Positions 1 to 8,447 of a stretch of 64,000 nt of DNA are shown here, piece after piece. Position 1 is the stretch's first letter; each line of letters opens with the position of its first letter. The stretch is from Porphyromonas sp. (GTDB taxonomy: Bacteria; Bacteroidota; Bacteroidia; Bacteroidales; Porphyromonadaceae), in contig JALFBN010000009.1 in the NCBI GenBank assembly GCA_022772085.1, forward strand, positions 22,428-86,427, given 5' to 3'. A model generated the notes under the pieces. That model had not been told where the DNA came from, searched no databases, and saw only the letters and a program-made list of their open reading frames with translations. Position numbers and translations under genes: made by a program.

Positions 1-2769
1 CACAATAGGTACTCCTAGATTCGGAATTGCTTGACACATTTCCTCTCGGACAAGGCTTTTTAACTCTTCGATCTCTGAATGGTAGGCATCAAAGTTTAGT
101 TCGTCATGTACCTGCATGATCATGCGACTCTTCATATTTTTAGCTCGAATAGCGGCATCAATACGTACCATGGCAATTTTAATCATGTCGGCAGCCGTAC
201 CCTGAATAGGGGCATTGATCGCATTGCGCTGGGCGAAGGCACGTACCGTTGCCGTGCGACTGTTAATATCGGGAATATATCGACGACGATTGAGCAAGGT
301 GGAGGCATAGCCATTGCCTTGGGCTTTTTGGATACACTCGTCCATATATTGTTTGACCCTTGGATAACTTGCAAAATAACTATCGATAAGTTGCTTCGCC
401 TCCTGATTGGAGATATGCAACCGCTGACTAAGACCAAAAGCAGAGATCCCATAGATAATTCCAAAGTTGGCAGTCTTGGCATGAGATCGTTGAAGTGCCG
501 TAACCTCCTCGGGATCGATCCGATAGATTCGAGCTGCAGTTGCCCGATGTATATCCTCTCCGTCAACGAAAGCTCGGATCAAGTGTTCATCTCCGCTAAA
601 ATGGGCCATGAGGCGTAATTCTATTTGGGAATAGTCTGCACTCAAAAAGGTATAGTCGCGGTCTCTTGCCACAAATGCGGAACGGATCTCCTGTCCCACT
701 GTGGTACGTATCGGGATATTCTGCAAATTGGGATCACTAGAGGAGAGACGCCCCGTCGTGGCTACCGTTTGATTATACGAGGTGTGGAGCTTACCATCGG
801 GATAGACCAGCTTAGGAAGTGCATCTATATAGGTACTCCGCAATTTTTTAACTCCTCGGTAGTCCAAGATTTTTTGGATAATAGGCTGCCTATCAACATA
901 CATCAAAAGTACCTCTTCACTCGTTGCATAGGCCCCCGTGGACGTCTTGCGAGGTTTATCGGTCACTTTGAGTTCCTCGAAAAGGACGCTCCCTACCTGC
1001 TTGGGACTGCTGATATTAAACTCATGCCCAGCCATACGGTAGATCTCCTCTTCAATACGGAGTTGCTCTTCGAGCAGACCGCTACCAACCTCTTTGAGGC
1101 GATCCGTATCAAGGCGTACCCCTTCACGCTCCATCCGGTCTAGTACTCCAACGAGAGGCATTTCGATCTCTTCGAAGAGGGCTGTTTGTTCTCGATCTTG
1201 GAGCTCCTTACGGAGGATGGGATAAAGCCGTCGGGTTATATCGGCATCTTCAGAGGCATAGTCGGCAAGTCGTTGCTCGGGGACATCTCTTCGAATATCG
1301 AAGTCCTTTTTATCGGACAGCTCGCTGTACGAGATCATCACATAGTCTAGATATTTAAGGGCTTGGGCATCCAAACTGTGCTTACCATCGGGACTTACGA
1401 TATAGCCTGCCACGAGCGTATCGAATAGAGGCTCCGGGGCAGAGATGCCGTAGCATGCGAGAATCTTCTGATCAAACTTGGCATTTTGGGCTATTTTGAG
1501 TATCTGCCTATTGCGCATCAGTGCGTCAAGCGGGAGCAAGATGGAACAGACCTGATCAAAATCGGAAGGTAAGGGGAGGTAATAGGCTTCACCCTCTTCG
1601 GGCGAGAAAGAGGCCCCGACGATGGTGGCGGTCAAGGTATCCAAACCGTCCGTCTCGGTATCAAAGGCAAATTGAGAGCACTCCGCCAGTCGCTTCCAAA
1701 GCAGAGCCCGCTCCTCCTCACTCCGCACAAGGCGATAATGATGCGAGGTATCTTCAAGAGAATGGATATGACGCAATGGGGTGGATGGTGCAATGGAAGA
1801 ATCTCCTTCAAGCTCGACCGATTCCGTTGAAACAGGTATCGGATTAACAGATGCAAACAGACCGCCTTCGATGGGAGCCTCTAAGGAATAATCTTTGAAG
1901 AGCCGCTTTCCCAGAGATTTGAACTCGAACTCCTCTAAAAGAGCATGCAGGCGGGCTTCATCGGGAGCTTTACGCATCAATTGCTCTAGATCAAAATCAT
2001 CGAGGAAATCCGTCCGAATCCGTGCAAGATATTGCGACTGATAAGTCAATTCTTTGCCCTCTTCCAATTTCTTTCGGAGGAGGGGTTTGATGGTATCGAG
2101 ATGTGCATAAATCTGGTCCAAGCTATCGAACTTTTGAAGCAATGCAGCAGCCCCCTTAGCACCGATCCCTTTACAACCGGGGATATTGTCGCTCACATCA
2201 CCCACTAAAGCCAGGTAGTCAACCATCTGCTTGCAATGTTTGAGTCCGAACTTGGCACAAACCTCCTTTTCGCCCCACACTTCGTACCCCTTAGTGGCAG
2301 GCTTATAAATATAGCAATGGGGGGTTACAAGCTGCCCGAAGTCCTTGTCGGGCGTCACCATATAAACATCAAAATCACGTTGTTCCGCCCGCAGGGCAAG
2401 TGCTCCGATCACATCATCAGCCTCATAATCAGGCACCTCGAAAGATGGGATTTGAAGAGCTTCCAACAGCCGTTTCACTTGAGGGAATGCCCAGAGAATC
2501 CCCTCAGGTGTTGCCTCCCGTTGTGCTTTGTAACTCTCAAATTCGTGGTGTCTAAAAGATCCTCCCTTAGGATCAAAGGCGACGGCCAAATAGTTGGGAT
2601 TCTCCTTTTCGATAATATCAATAAGGCTCAAAGCAAAGCCAAAGAGCGCACTGGTATTGTTCCCTTTACGATCATACCTTGGGGAGCGAATAAAGGCAAA
2701 GTAAGCTCTAAAGATCAGCGCACTGGCATCTATGAGGAATAGTCTTTTGCGAGGGAAAATCTGTGTCAT
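1..2769 (-). CDS. polA: DNA polymerase I (3' end runs off the window)
   Basis: Both ends manually translated: ATG at 2769 gives MTQIFPRKRLFLIDASALIFRAYFAF (5'-3' exonuclease start); the same frame at the left edge reads QVHDELNF...LGVPIV (polymerase motif C). Absent from the ORF track because the stop lies outside the window. Confidence 0.97.
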   Translation of the reverse strand, partial: MTQIFPRKRLFLIDASALIFRAYFAFIRSPRYDRKGNNTSALFGFALSLIDIIEKENPNYLAVAFDPKGGSFRHHEFESYKAQREATPEGILWAFPQVKRLLEALQIPSFEVPDYEADDVIGALALRAEQRDFDVYMVTPDKDFGQLVTPHCYIYKPATKGYEVWGEKEVCAKFGLKHCKQMVDYLALVGDVSDNIPGCKGIGAKGAAALLQKFDSLDQIYAHLDTIKPLLRKKLEEGKELTYQSQYLARIRTDFLDDFDLEQLMRKAPDEARLHALLEEFEFKSLGKRLFKDYSLEAPIEGGLFASVNPIPVSTESVELEGDSSIAPSTPLRHIHSLEDTSHHYRLVRSEEERALLWKRLAECSQFAFDTETDGLDTLTATIVGASFSPEEGEAYYLPLPSDFDQVCSILLPLDALMRNRQILKIAQNAKFDQKILACYGISAPEPLFDTLVAGYIVSPDGKHSLDAQALKYLDYVMISYSELSDKKDFDIRRDVPEQRLADYASEDADITRRLYPILRKELQDREQTALFEEIEMPLVGVLDRMEREGVRLDTDRLKEVGSGLLEEQLRIEEEIYRMAGHEFNISSPKQVGSVLFEELKVTDKPRKTSTGAYATSEEVLLMYVDRQPIIQKILDYRGVKKLRSTYIDALPKLVYPDGKLHTSYNQTVATTGRLSSSDPNLQNIPIRTTVGQEIRSAFVARDRDYTFLSADYSQIELRLMAHFSGDEHLIRAFVDGEDIHRATAARIYRIDPEEVTALQRSHAKTANFGIIYGISAFGLSQRLHISNQEAKQLIDSYFASYPRVKQYMDECIQKAQGNGYASTLLNRRRYIPDINSRTATVRAFAQRNAINAPIQGTAADMIKIAMVRIDAAIRAKNMKSRMIMQVHDELNFDAYHSEIEELKSLVREEMCQAIPNLGVPIV

Positions 2770-2883
2770 TGGCTGTTATTCGTTTTTGAGAGAGGGTAAA
2801 AGGGGACAATTTGTACTCAACAGAAAAGGAACGGCAAGAAAGAACTCAAACCTCCGGTATGGTCATCTTGACAGTTCCTTGGT

Positions 2884-2891
2884 CAAAGATA
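2884..2891 (-). promoter_or_regulatory. Bacteroidota -7 promoter box (TATCTTTG) for polA
   Basis: CAAAGATA on + strand matches TAnnTTTG on -; TTG 20 nt upstream (2912-2914). Confidence 0.6.
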
Positions 2892-3153
2892 CAAAAAACA
2901 GCCCTACACCCCAAGAGTGGATATCCGTCAAGCCTTCCCCTTTTTGCATTATACACTTGGTAAATATGGTACTCTTCTATTGAAGACATGGCCAAGTGAT
3001 ATTTTGTATGCCAAGATTTTCCATCTTTCATTGCGTATCAAAGAGTTGCATTCACTAAAAAATCCCCCGAGGTAGAGGCTCATCAAAGCTCTCTCCACGA
3101 GGGATCTATTGAAAATGCCTCTACCAAAAATCTGTGAGGCGCGTGTATTCGCC

Positions 3154-4845
3154 TTAAGGCTTCATGAGTTTGAGAGTTTCGGATCCAAAGCGCAAGAGAT
3201 AAACACCTGAAGGTAAGCGTGTCGCATCAATACGAGAGGAGGAGCCCGAAGCAAGGAGATCCCCCTGCAAAGAGATCAGTTGCCACACTTGACCTGACCG
3301 CTCCAACTGCCAAGCCTCTTCACTTGAAATATAGCAAACAACGGGTGCTACGAATCCTTCTGTTGGAGTAGAGACACCTTCCCTAAGCGCAAACAACACC
3401 TCTACCTTAAAGTCACTTCCAACAATGACTTGATACTTATCATTTTGACCATTCACGGGTTCTCCATTGTGCAACCAACGGTCAATCACATAACCATCAG
3501 CGGGAACGGCTGAAAAAAGGATTGTCTTACCGGCTAAAACCTTGAACCCGGGATCCACAACAGCACCATCGCATGTTGCAATCAACATTCCACCTCGAGG
3601 TTTATCGTTAAAGTCTACTTTATAACGTTGTACCTTCTGCACAACCAACTCTACATCAAGTTGTGAGTTGGGCATATCAACGTCCAAAGATTCTTTTCCG
3701 AAAGCCCGTGTATGACCGTTAACACGCCAAAATTTCGTCGTAAAATCATCATTCTCTTTCAAGACAAATTGCAATTTATCTCCCTCCTTTGCCTTGTCAC
3801 CACTGTTGATTGTAGAGCCGTTACAGGAGATCGTTACGAGCGGAGCGACTTCTTCAGGACACGTAAAATTAACTACATAAGAGGGGGCTTCCACAGGCAC
3901 AAACTGCACCTGAATCTCAGCATCCTCTGTAAGAACAACTTCTATGGACTTGGTCTTGCTATCAAGGGGAAGCAGATTACTTCCCGAATAATACTGACTA
4001 CCGACTACAATACTTTCCACCTTATAGGCCTCTTGGGGTGTTGCTCTCAAGAGAATAAGGCTACCCTTGGTCAGTAAAGCTCCACTTGATAGGGGGGCTT
4101 TGTTTTGGTCAAATACCTCAAGAGTCCCCTCTGCGGCATTTGGAGTTTGCCAAGAGATGGATACAGGAGTCTCTTCATTGGTATACTCACAGTAGATCTT
4201 CGTATTGCCAGTAACGGTATACTCCACTTTACAGGCTCCATCTTCGATCTCCAGATCGGCACGTGGATAACTCTTTTCTCCTACGTGCAACATACTGATA
4301 CGAGCATTATCATATTCAAAAACAGTCACGGAAATCACATCATTGAGCTCAACCTCTTGACCATTTTCTATCGGCATTTTCGTGGATGCATCTTCCACTT
4401 CTATCTTTCCGAGGTCTGCGGCAGGTTGTTCAATAGTAACAACGGGTTTCTGGGCTACCGGATCTATCGAAAATTCGCACATGATACGCAGTCTGCGCTC
4501 ATTCGCTTTGGATGGGAAGGTCGCTATGCGATTGCCATTGAGAAGCTTGGCAAGGGAGCCATCTTGCTCCTGATACTCAGTACCATTATTGTCAATATAA
4601 CTAATACGATAACCCGGATTAGGCGTAATGGTTACCGTAACCTCTGTGCCAATAGCGATCTCCTGGGGATAATCTTGATATTCAGTACCATTTTTATCAA
4701 CGACTTTGATCGTTCCTCCCTCTGCGGGATCGGGAGTTAAGAAGACGTAAACCATACCGACGTGCTCTTGTGCCCTCACGAAAGAGGGGACGAAGCCGAC
4801 TGCAATGGTAAGCAGGGTTATCAAAAGGGTTCGTAAACTATTCAT
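3154..4845 (-). CDS. T9SS cargo protein with about five divergent InlB B-repeat-like domains
   Basis: Sec signal peptide (..VRA/QE); five ~85-aa beta-rich repeats (e.g. AVPADGYVIDRWLHNG, ITPNPGYRISYI); C-terminal LPSGVYLLRFGSETLKLMKP resembles a type A CTD. Confidence 0.75.
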   Translation of the reverse strand: MNSLRTLLITLLTIAVGFVPSFVRAQEHVGMVYVFLTPDPAEGGTIKVVDKNGTEYQDYPQEIAIGTEVTVTITPNPGYRISYIDNNGTEYQEQDGSLAKLLNGNRIATFPSKANERRLRIMCEFSIDPVAQKPVVTIEQPAADLGKIEVEDASTKMPIENGQEVELNDVISVTVFEYDNARISMLHVGEKSYPRADLEIEDGACKVEYTVTGNTKIYCEYTNEETPVSISWQTPNAAEGTLEVFDQNKAPLSSGALLTKGSLILLRATPQEAYKVESIVVGSQYYSGSNLLPLDSKTKSIEVVLTEDAEIQVQFVPVEAPSYVVNFTCPEEVAPLVTISCNGSTINSGDKAKEGDKLQFVLKENDDFTTKFWRVNGHTRAFGKESLDVDMPNSQLDVELVVQKVQRYKVDFNDKPRGGMLIATCDGAVVDPGFKVLAGKTILFSAVPADGYVIDRWLHNGEPVNGQNDKYQVIVGSDFKVEVLFALREGVSTPTEGFVAPVVCYISSEEAWQLERSGQVWQLISLQGDLLASGSSSRIDATRLPSGVYLLRFGSETLKLMKP

Positions 4846-4894
4846 ATGGATATTATTTGTTTGGATTTTCTTTTTGGAAATGGCCGGAGTACAA

Positions 4895-6463
4895 TTAAGG
4901 TATTAAGATCTTTTGGTTGTACGAGCCAACAGATAGAACGTAGCATCCCGAGGGCAGATTCAGGGATACTTTCGCCCGAGGAGCAAAATGAGCAAGAACA
5001 GCTCCATTAAGATCAAAGAGTCGAGCTAAAGCAATAGAGGGCTGCGCCTCTAGGTCTATAGTCAGAGTATGATCCTGCACCGAAACAGAGGGGCACCAGT
5101 TATCAGCATCATCGGCAAGAGGGGATTGGATCGCCTGCCATTGGGCATTCCCGATTATAACTCGCCCACGAGCAGGGGTATTGTCCGCGAGAAGCAAGCC
5201 TGAATAGAAAGCATCGAAGTGAGCATCCTTGGGCTCGATGATCGCAACATTTTCCAGATCCATAGATTCAAAACCTTCCATACAAGCTCCATCTTGAGGT
5301 CTCGTACAATTCATCTCCAGGTAGGCATCCTTGACAAAGAGTTTTGCCGTATTGCGCCGCCCTCCCGCAAGGCCATAGAATCCTGTGGCATAGACTCGTG
5401 TTTTCTCAATCGTAAGAGGTTGCCCGTTTTCCATAAAGATACCGGCAGATCCTATCTTTACGTCTTCGGTCTTCACGTGCAAATTGCCATCTCCCGTGAT
5501 GACAAGAGGACCTCGACTATAGATACAACTATTGTATCCACTCCATATCGTATTAAAACCACGCACCTCAATCGTCAGGGGGAGGTCGGTTTCGTCATGA
5601 TAATTTTGAATGCTGGAAGTTCCCATCGTAAAGAAGTCCAGATTACTGATAATCAACCTATTTTTCTCAGGATTGTAACGAGCATATCCATTGGGAATTA
5701 CCGAGTTGGGAAATATGTTGGTCGCATTCTTCTCCGTTACATCTACATCATCAATAGAAATAGGATACTTGTTATTAGGATCTAACTTGAACGTCCCATA
5801 ATTGGGGCGTCTATCGGCATCAAGGATATTTGCAAAGGGGGGATCGTCAGAGTCTTGTGGCTGTTTGTAGGCAACCATCCCACCAACGGGGAGCTTAATG
5901 TCCGAGCGTTTTATATTGATACGCCCCATAGCCCCTACGAGACCTCCATCACTAAGCCATTCCGAATGATCGAAAACGAGAAGTCCATAGCCCCGTCGAA
6001 GTGATGCCACTGCAAAGGATGCTCCTGCTGACTTGAACTCAACATCACAATCTTTGAAGCGAATGATCGCGTGGGCTCCGTCCATGGCAAAGCCTCCCGA
6101 CTCCGAGCTCTTGGCCTTTACCACGAGCTTACCGCTCTCTCCCGTAAAAGTGACAAAGCAATTGGTAATCAAGCCAAAGGGATCTGCAACAATAGAGCAC
6201 TGCCCGTCAATCTTCACGGTAAGTTCTTGTTCCAAACCAACGACTTTCAATCCCTTGTCAAGGGATGCATCCTGAAGAAAGAGAGTATTACTAGCCTTGT
6301 CATAACGCACACTCCCGGCTTTTCCTTTGCCTTTTCCGGCAAGTACATCGGCCGCATTCTCATCTGACACCAAGACCTCATCTACATGAATGGTTTGGGC
6401 AGAAAGGCGTACTACTCCAAGCAAAAATCCAAGCGATACAATAAGTAAAGAATAAAATCGCAT
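4895..6463 (-). CDS. T9SS cargo protein, predicted beta-helix, two internal repeat units
   Basis: Signal peptide (..LSA/Q); duplicated unit starting IHVDEVLVSDENAADVL..GSVRYDKASNTLFL and ISIDDVDVTEKNATNIF..GYARYNPEKNRLII; CTD-like end LPSGCYVLSVGSYNQKILIP. Confidence 0.7.
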   Translation of the reverse strand: MRFYSLLIVSLGFLLGVVRLSAQTIHVDEVLVSDENAADVLAGKGKGKAGSVRYDKASNTLFLQDASLDKGLKVVGLEQELTVKIDGQCSIVADPFGLITNCFVTFTGESGKLVVKAKSSESGGFAMDGAHAIIRFKDCDVEFKSAGASFAVASLRRGYGLLVFDHSEWLSDGGLVGAMGRINIKRSDIKLPVGGMVAYKQPQDSDDPPFANILDADRRPNYGTFKLDPNNKYPISIDDVDVTEKNATNIFPNSVIPNGYARYNPEKNRLIISNLDFFTMGTSSIQNYHDETDLPLTIEVRGFNTIWSGYNSCIYSRGPLVITGDGNLHVKTEDVKIGSAGIFMENGQPLTIEKTRVYATGFYGLAGGRRNTAKLFVKDAYLEMNCTRPQDGACMEGFESMDLENVAIIEPKDAHFDAFYSGLLLADNTPARGRVIIGNAQWQAIQSPLADDADNWCPSVSVQDHTLTIDLEAQPSIALARLFDLNGAVLAHFAPRAKVSLNLPSGCYVLSVGSYNQKILIP

Positions 6464-6503
6464 GATCTATTTTATCTAAAATATTTTGGGTTTAAACGAT
6501 CTA

Positions 6504-8060
6504 TTAGGGGATAAGGAGCTTTGTGGAAAAAGTCCCTATCGTAAGAAGGTATTGCCCCGAAGGGAGCATCCACTCCAGTGACTCTTGACAAATTGCTCGG
6601 CGCAATACTTGACCATCGAGGCTGTATAGCACAACCGTTTTAGGGTCGGTTGTTGCAAGCATTAGCTTTCCTGTGGAGGTTGCAATGCGAGGAATTACTT
6701 CCGAAATTGTCTCAAGGGCATTAGCTCGAAAGAAAAGAAGTCGGTCTTTACAGAGGGAAATATCATCTACGGTAATGCCTCCAAGATTTTTACTAAAGTG
6801 CGCTCCTTCCGGTTCTTTGAGTACAGATTTCTCAATATCGAAAGTACTGAACCCCTCGATACAAGCTCCTTGGATAGCATTGGTACAGTTAACTTTAAGA
6901 GCTGCATTGCGCACGAGCAACTTGCTCCCCTTACGGATACCGGCTATTCCAAAAGTCCCGGTAGCTGTGAGTTCACAGTCTTCAATGATCAACTTATCCT
7001 CATCTGCAATCAAGATCCCCGCAAAATCTGCAGTACTGTTTTTAGCATTGACAACGAGTGATCCCGAACCTTTAATCGTGGTATTACCAAAGAGCAACAT
7101 CCCCGAGTATTCCGATTCGATTACATTATTTCCGGTCACTTGAATAGTTAGTGGTCGGTCCAAAGGAGAAAAGCGAGTGAAGATTCCGTTCTCTTTCAAC
7201 TCAGTTAACTTGAGATTATTCAGGTGAAGCGTATTAGTCTCCCGGTCATAACGAACAGTCCCCTTTTTACCCGATTGGGAGAGGACATCTTGGGCATTTT
7301 GGCGAGTTACGACGGTTGCACCAATGGCAATGGGATAGGAGTTATCCGGATCTATTTGTACGGGACCATAATTGTAATCTTTGGAGCCTTTTACGAGCAT
7401 TACAGCACAAGAATAACCATTGGGTCGGGTCTCCACACCGAGTTCTACTTGATCGGAATTGACGATAGAACATCCATTCAAGTAAAGTTCCTTCATCCCG
7501 GCGATAAGCCCTGTACTGTGAAATTTAGAATTTTCAATGACCACAAACCCCTCGCGCATAACAGGACTGAAAATAGCCTGACCGTCTTTCGCTGATTCTA
7601 TGCGGACTGTGGTATTTTTAATCCGAAGATAAAGCTCGGGCTGCTGCCCCGCGAGCAGGAACCCACTCCCCCCGGGGACTCCTTTTGAAGTGTTTATTTG
7701 GAGTTCTCCGGGGCCTTCTACCTCCACCGGAGAAAGCACCCATATTGCCGAAGAGATCGTATTGATCTCATTTTTTCCCTCCAGATGGATGGTTACAGGC
7801 TGGTCGGGTCGCTCCGCTGTCACCGTGATTCGATTGGTCAGTTTAGCATCTTTGAGCGTAAGAGTATGCGTTTCAAAGTTATAGGATACACACCCGTCTT
7901 TGCCGGGTCCCATACCGACAAGAACATTAGAAGCATTGGCAGGCGTTACCTCTACATTATCTACATACAATTGCAATTGACCTTGGGCCGAAAGCCACAA
8001 GGGACACACGAGGAGCAATAAAAGCCCCCACACACGTAAGTTTTTGTGCAGTCTATTCAT
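6504..8060 (-). CDS. T9SS cargo protein, paralog of 4895-6463
   Basis: Likely start ATG 8060 (MNRLHKNLRVWGLLLLL.., signal peptide) just downstream of a -7 box; same two-unit architecture; CTD-like end LPSGQYLLTIGTFSTKLLIP. Confidence 0.7.
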   Translation of the reverse strand: MNRLHKNLRVWGLLLLLVCPLWLSAQGQLQLYVDNVEVTPANASNVLVGMGPGKDGCVSYNFETHTLTLKDAKLTNRITVTAERPDQPVTIHLEGKNEINTISSAIWVLSPVEVEGPGELQINTSKGVPGGSGFLLAGQQPELYLRIKNTTVRIESAKDGQAIFSPVMREGFVVIENSKFHSTGLIAGMKELYLNGCSIVNSDQVELGVETRPNGYSCAVMLVKGSKDYNYGPVQIDPDNSYPIAIGATVVTRQNAQDVLSQSGKKGTVRYDRETNTLHLNNLKLTELKENGIFTRFSPLDRPLTIQVTGNNVIESEYSGMLLFGNTTIKGSGSLVVNAKNSTADFAGILIADEDKLIIEDCELTATGTFGIAGIRKGSKLLVRNAALKVNCTNAIQGACIEGFSTFDIEKSVLKEPEGAHFSKNLGGITVDDISLCKDRLLFFRANALETISEVIPRIATSTGKLMLATTDPKTVVLYSLDGQVLRRAICQESLEWMLPSGQYLLTIGTFSTKLLIP

Positions 8061-8080
8061 TTGTTCTATATTTTTCCTCG

Positions 8081-8088
8081 CAAAGGTA
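8081..8088 (-). promoter_or_regulatory. -7 promoter box (TACCTTTG) for the T9SS cargo cluster
   Basis: CAAAGGTA on +, 20 nt upstream of ATG 8060. Confidence 0.6.
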
Positions 8089-8447
8089 CTTCTCACAAAA
8101 CCAACACACAATACCCACTTTTTGGCATCTAAAAGATAGATAAGTCCGAATATTTGTGAATAAAGATCGATTTATCAAGAAGTCAAAATCCTAAAATCAA
8201 GGCGCCAAAGAGCTCTATTTAAGCCATACAGAGAGAGACTGCACACTCCGAACAAAAAAAACAATCCGCAAGAAGACAAAATCAAAGCATACCTATAAAG
8301 ACTGATCTCCTTTAGGCTATCACAAAATCTTGTGTGTGAATATGAGACAAAAATCCGGGGCAACAGTCCTAAAAACGATGCCCTGAGGATTCTCAACTCC
8401 TGCCTGATAAAAAAAGTCTAGGGCAGACACTAAACAGAACAAAAGCG

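Noticed and set aside
106-2742. Several + strand ORFs (106-618, 625-1143, 2236-2742)
   Set aside because: Antisense shadows of polA.
2846-3031. 61-aa minus-strand ORF between polA and the cargo cluster
   Set aside because: Overlaps the polA promoter box and has no recognisable features.
8175-8396. 73-aa hydrophobic ORF between sprA and the cargo cluster
   Set aside because: Hydrophobicity follows from A-rich intergenic sequence; no supporting promoter or motif.
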